DNA of 63,026 nt, the filler included, from Folioceros fuciformis (taxonomy: Eukaryota), in the NCBI GenBank assembly GCA_049999805.1. It is 9 parts of 9 records of this genome, joined end to end, with 100 filler letters (N's around TTAATTAATTAA, not from the genome) between each part and the next. Parts side by side here need not be neighbours in the genome. Positions count along the whole stretch, not along the records: positions 58,291 to 63,026 come from JBNGIO010003557.1; 8 more parts are not named here. The stretch is one strand, 5' to 3'. The notes beneath the pieces were generated by a model. It ran no database searches and had not been told where the DNA came from. It saw nothing but the letters and a program-made list of their open reading frames with translations. The translations under genes and the position numbers were made by a program. Positions 60,092 through 63,026 of this stretch are shown here, one piece after another; position 1 is the first letter of the stretch, and the number at the start of each line of letters is the position of its first letter.

Positions 60092-62475
60092 CAGCATAAA
60101 ATATGCAATGTACAAGGCTGCACTACATACTTATGCACCTAACATGGTATACCATAGTGTGCCACACAAGGTAGCATAAAATATGTAATGTACAAGTTGC
60201 ACTACTTACTCTTTTTTTTTGCGAAAAAAATTATGATTAAATTGGCAAATGCCGCCCACTACAATACAAAGGGAAAATCTTGCTAACGTATGTACAAAAA
60301 TCAAGCACCAGAAGAGAGGGGCAGAACTGGCCTTCAGTCCAAAACTCAAAACAAGGCGCTCAGAGAGTGCTCCCCTACACTATGGTACCCTCGAACTGCC
60401 GAAGCCACTTATACTCACCCTCAAGGTCTCCCACGAACTTTAAGGCTCACCAGCCCAAGGGGCACGAATGATTCCAATGCATATCTTTACCAGGCACTAG
60501 GAATCCCGCCATCCTCCAGTCTTTCCGCTTAAACTGCTTCCGATGGGATTGCTCCAAAGCTTCTGCTGCAATCAATGAATGCTCCCATATGCGCCACAAC
60601 AAAGTTTTCGATGAAGTTGAATCTTGTCCTCCATAGACCACCTCAGACTAGTTGACCTAGAGATGGAAAAGGCAAGAAGACTAGAGTAAGCCCCACCATT
60701 GTGTTTTAAGGAGAGGTTTGCTCGAGGTTGCGTCCAGCCCAAATAAGGCTGATTGTGTCGTGATCCTAAGGTTAACACCGGGAAAAATCAAACAGAGCCA
60801 CCTGCTAACCTCCCTCCAGATCTCTTGGTAAAAGCTGCAATGATAGAACATGTGTTGGCTCGTGTTCGGGGCCCCAGCGGTGCATAGTCGACATACATCC
60901 TCCCCCGTCGCAGCTAAGAGCCCATCCCACCGATCCGCATTAGGCAAATACGCTTGAAAAAAACACCAAACCGTAGACTTGACCTTGGGGGGGACTCCTG
61001 CGGACTTCCATAGAAGTTTGATGGCTTCCCTTTGTCGCCGTCCAGCTAGTTGCAATCGGGGAGCCATTGGTTGTCTTTGCTTGATTTTCTGCGCTCGCAC
61101 CAACCAAAGGAACAAGTCCGCCGTTGGGAAGTTGAAGAAAGATCGAGGGATAGCCTTCTTGCACCCTGGACGCCTGGGCCACTTGTAGAGATCTGGTCTG
61201 AAGGTTAGAGTCCAATTCTCGCCTAGTCGAACCAGCATTGAACCTTTGCTTTATCGGAGGTTAGTGGCCCAATTGGGCGTTCAGCTGGGATGCACCATCG
61301 GCCTGCCCGAACGGACTTAACGAGGACAATGATAGCCCGCAATTCCCCTCCTCGAGTTTCCCCGTCATCCTTGCCTTGTTCTTCCAAAAAATCCATCAGG
61401 CGACAAGACCTTGAATGACTTCAACGTCTCTTTGCCATCCGTTCTGGCAAGCCAAACCGCTCTATCTAATTCTAATGCTTCCACCTGATCATCCTCCTCC
61501 TCCGAGTTGACTTCCCTACTGTCCATGGAGTATGCATACCACCCTTCACTTCCTATGATAGGTTGTTGCCTTAAGAACTGTTGCACCTTTTCCTCTAGCC
61601 CCTCATGCATCCACAAGAAATGAGTCTGACGTGCCGGGCTCCTAAGCCAAACTCCCCTTTGACCTCCTCTATCTCCTTCCAACGAGCCTCTGACCTATTC
61701 CACAAATGACCAAGCTGGATAATGCCTCTCCGACAAGCCAACCTGAAAATTTATGACCGATAAACCCTTGACCTGAACTTATGCACCCACAACCTCGAGA
61801 ATCCCTGCAAAGGAATACTAAGAACATCATCCACACAAGAAAAGTCACCCGGGATAATGTATTGTTTATCCTCCAAGTAACTGCTCCATATGGACTTGAA
61901 GAGTGGGGAGCATTCTGCAGTATCAAGAATTGGTTTGTCAGCCAGAATGTTGTCGATAGATCTCCTTCCCCTGGGACAGCTTGGGTGCAGTCCAGATGCT
62001 GTGTTAGCAAACTCTTCTAAGGATAGTACGCTGGATCAGCTGCCCTGACAACCCACTGAGCATGCAACACTTTCATCTTGGCAACCAGGTCTACCACCCC
62101 GAGCCCCCCTAAACCCCGCGCCTGAATAATATGCTGCCAAGCTACTTTAGAGCACCTAGCCATACTGTCTCTAAAACGCTTACACAGGAAAGAGGTCAAC
62201 ACTTGTTGTAAGCGCTTTGCTTCTATCTTGGAAGGGGCCCATAAAAACAGATAATACCATAAAGAGGGAGTAAGGATATGATTAATAGTTGCACTACGTA
62301 CTTATGCACCTAACATGGTATACCACATTGTGCTACACAAGGTAGCATAAAATATGCAATGTACAAGTTGCACTATGTACTTATGCACCTAACATGGTAT
62401 ACCACAGTGTGCCACACAAGGTAGCATAAAATATGCAATGTACAAGTTGCACTACATACTTATGCACCTAACATG
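60092..62475. repeat. 79-bp tandem repeat array split by a LINE insertion; copies at 60092-60210 and 62287-62475
   Basis: Unit gttgcactacatacttatgcacctaacatggtataccacagtgtgccacacaaggtagcataaaatatgcaatgtacaa; period 79 (62341 vs 62420). Confidence 0.9.
60211..62286 (-). mobile_element. 5'-truncated L1-like LINE (ORF2 C-terminal part) with poly(A) tail and 16-bp TSD
   Basis: KVAWQHI..ARGLGGLGVVDL; zf-RVT PPKVKSTVW...VCRLC...QHMFYHC; T9 at 60212-60220; TSD agttgcactac(t/g)tact at 60195-60210 and 62287-62302. Confidence 0.93.
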
Positions 62476-63026
62476 ACATAGGAGTGGCTAGTTACGAACC
62501 TTGGATGGTGAGTAGGCTGCATTTTGTCTTGCTGCTCTATTATTTCCACGTCTGGAGACTCGCTCTAATAATATTTGTTCCTTAGTAGGATTTGCTTGTT
62601 TTTGTTCTTTGTAGTATTGACGACCACCACGTTTTACTTGCATTTTATTAAGCTTGATCAAGTTGTCAAGACTTTGATCATTAAGATTATTTTCATTAAG
62701 GTTTTTTCTTATTATATAGTTTGCTTGCTTTTTATTGAGCTTGTTTTGATATTATATATTTTCCTGTTTTTTATTAAGCTTAATTAGTTCATCCATACTT
62801 AAAGAGTTTATACGTTCTTTTCTTTTGGGCAGTGTAATTGTGGAGCGCGTTCCTTTTCTTGTTTGTTTAGATTGATCAAGTGTCTCAAGTCATCCATACG
62901 AAGCATGTTTGCATGCCGTTTCGGGCCTTCAGACTTAGGGGCTTGCATTTTCATGAAATAGAATAGATTTGATTAATAGACTTCTCTCGTAGTTGAATTA
63001 TTGAAGGGATCTTCTGTTGAGTTTAA

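Noticed and set aside
60329..60344. Partial match to miR319 (ttggactgaagg on the minus strand)
   Set aside because: Only about 12 nt match, it lies inside the LINE, and I see no hairpin partner.
60092..62475. Repeat array plus RT-related ORF as a novel retron or CRISPR-like system
   Set aside because: The repeats have no spacers, and the insert is a standard L1-like 3' fragment with poly(A) and TSD.

Overview
Eukaryotic land-plant genomic DNA. Short GT-AG introns, dense genes and a PLS-class PPR with long-L motifs suggest a bryophyte, possibly a hornwort (inference). The window is not one locus: nine scaffolds are joined by eight artificial 100-nt linkers (N44-TTAATTAATTAA-N44), and there are further internal N-gaps. 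Recognisable genes: a UFD1-domain/zinc-finger protein, 60S acidic ribosomal protein P2 (partial), an SH2-less STAT-like/CudA-type protein, a PLS-E(+) PPR editing factor, a subtilase, COQ4, a scramblase-family protein with a repeat tail, glycine cleavage T protein, a histidine-phosphatase/PGM-like protein, NUB1, a partial TPR gene, a receptor-like kinase pseudogene and two Gnk2/DUF26-like secreted proteins. Mobile DNA: Ty1/copia remnants, a Ty3/gypsy element with PBS, and a 5'-truncated LINE with a TSD inside a 79-bp tandem repeat. Best leads: the SH2-less STAT-like protein, the scramblase nonapeptide tail, a gypsy LTR with apparent AGT...ACT termini, and a duplicated 82-bp palindrome. All family calls come from motif recognition by eye; no searches were run.
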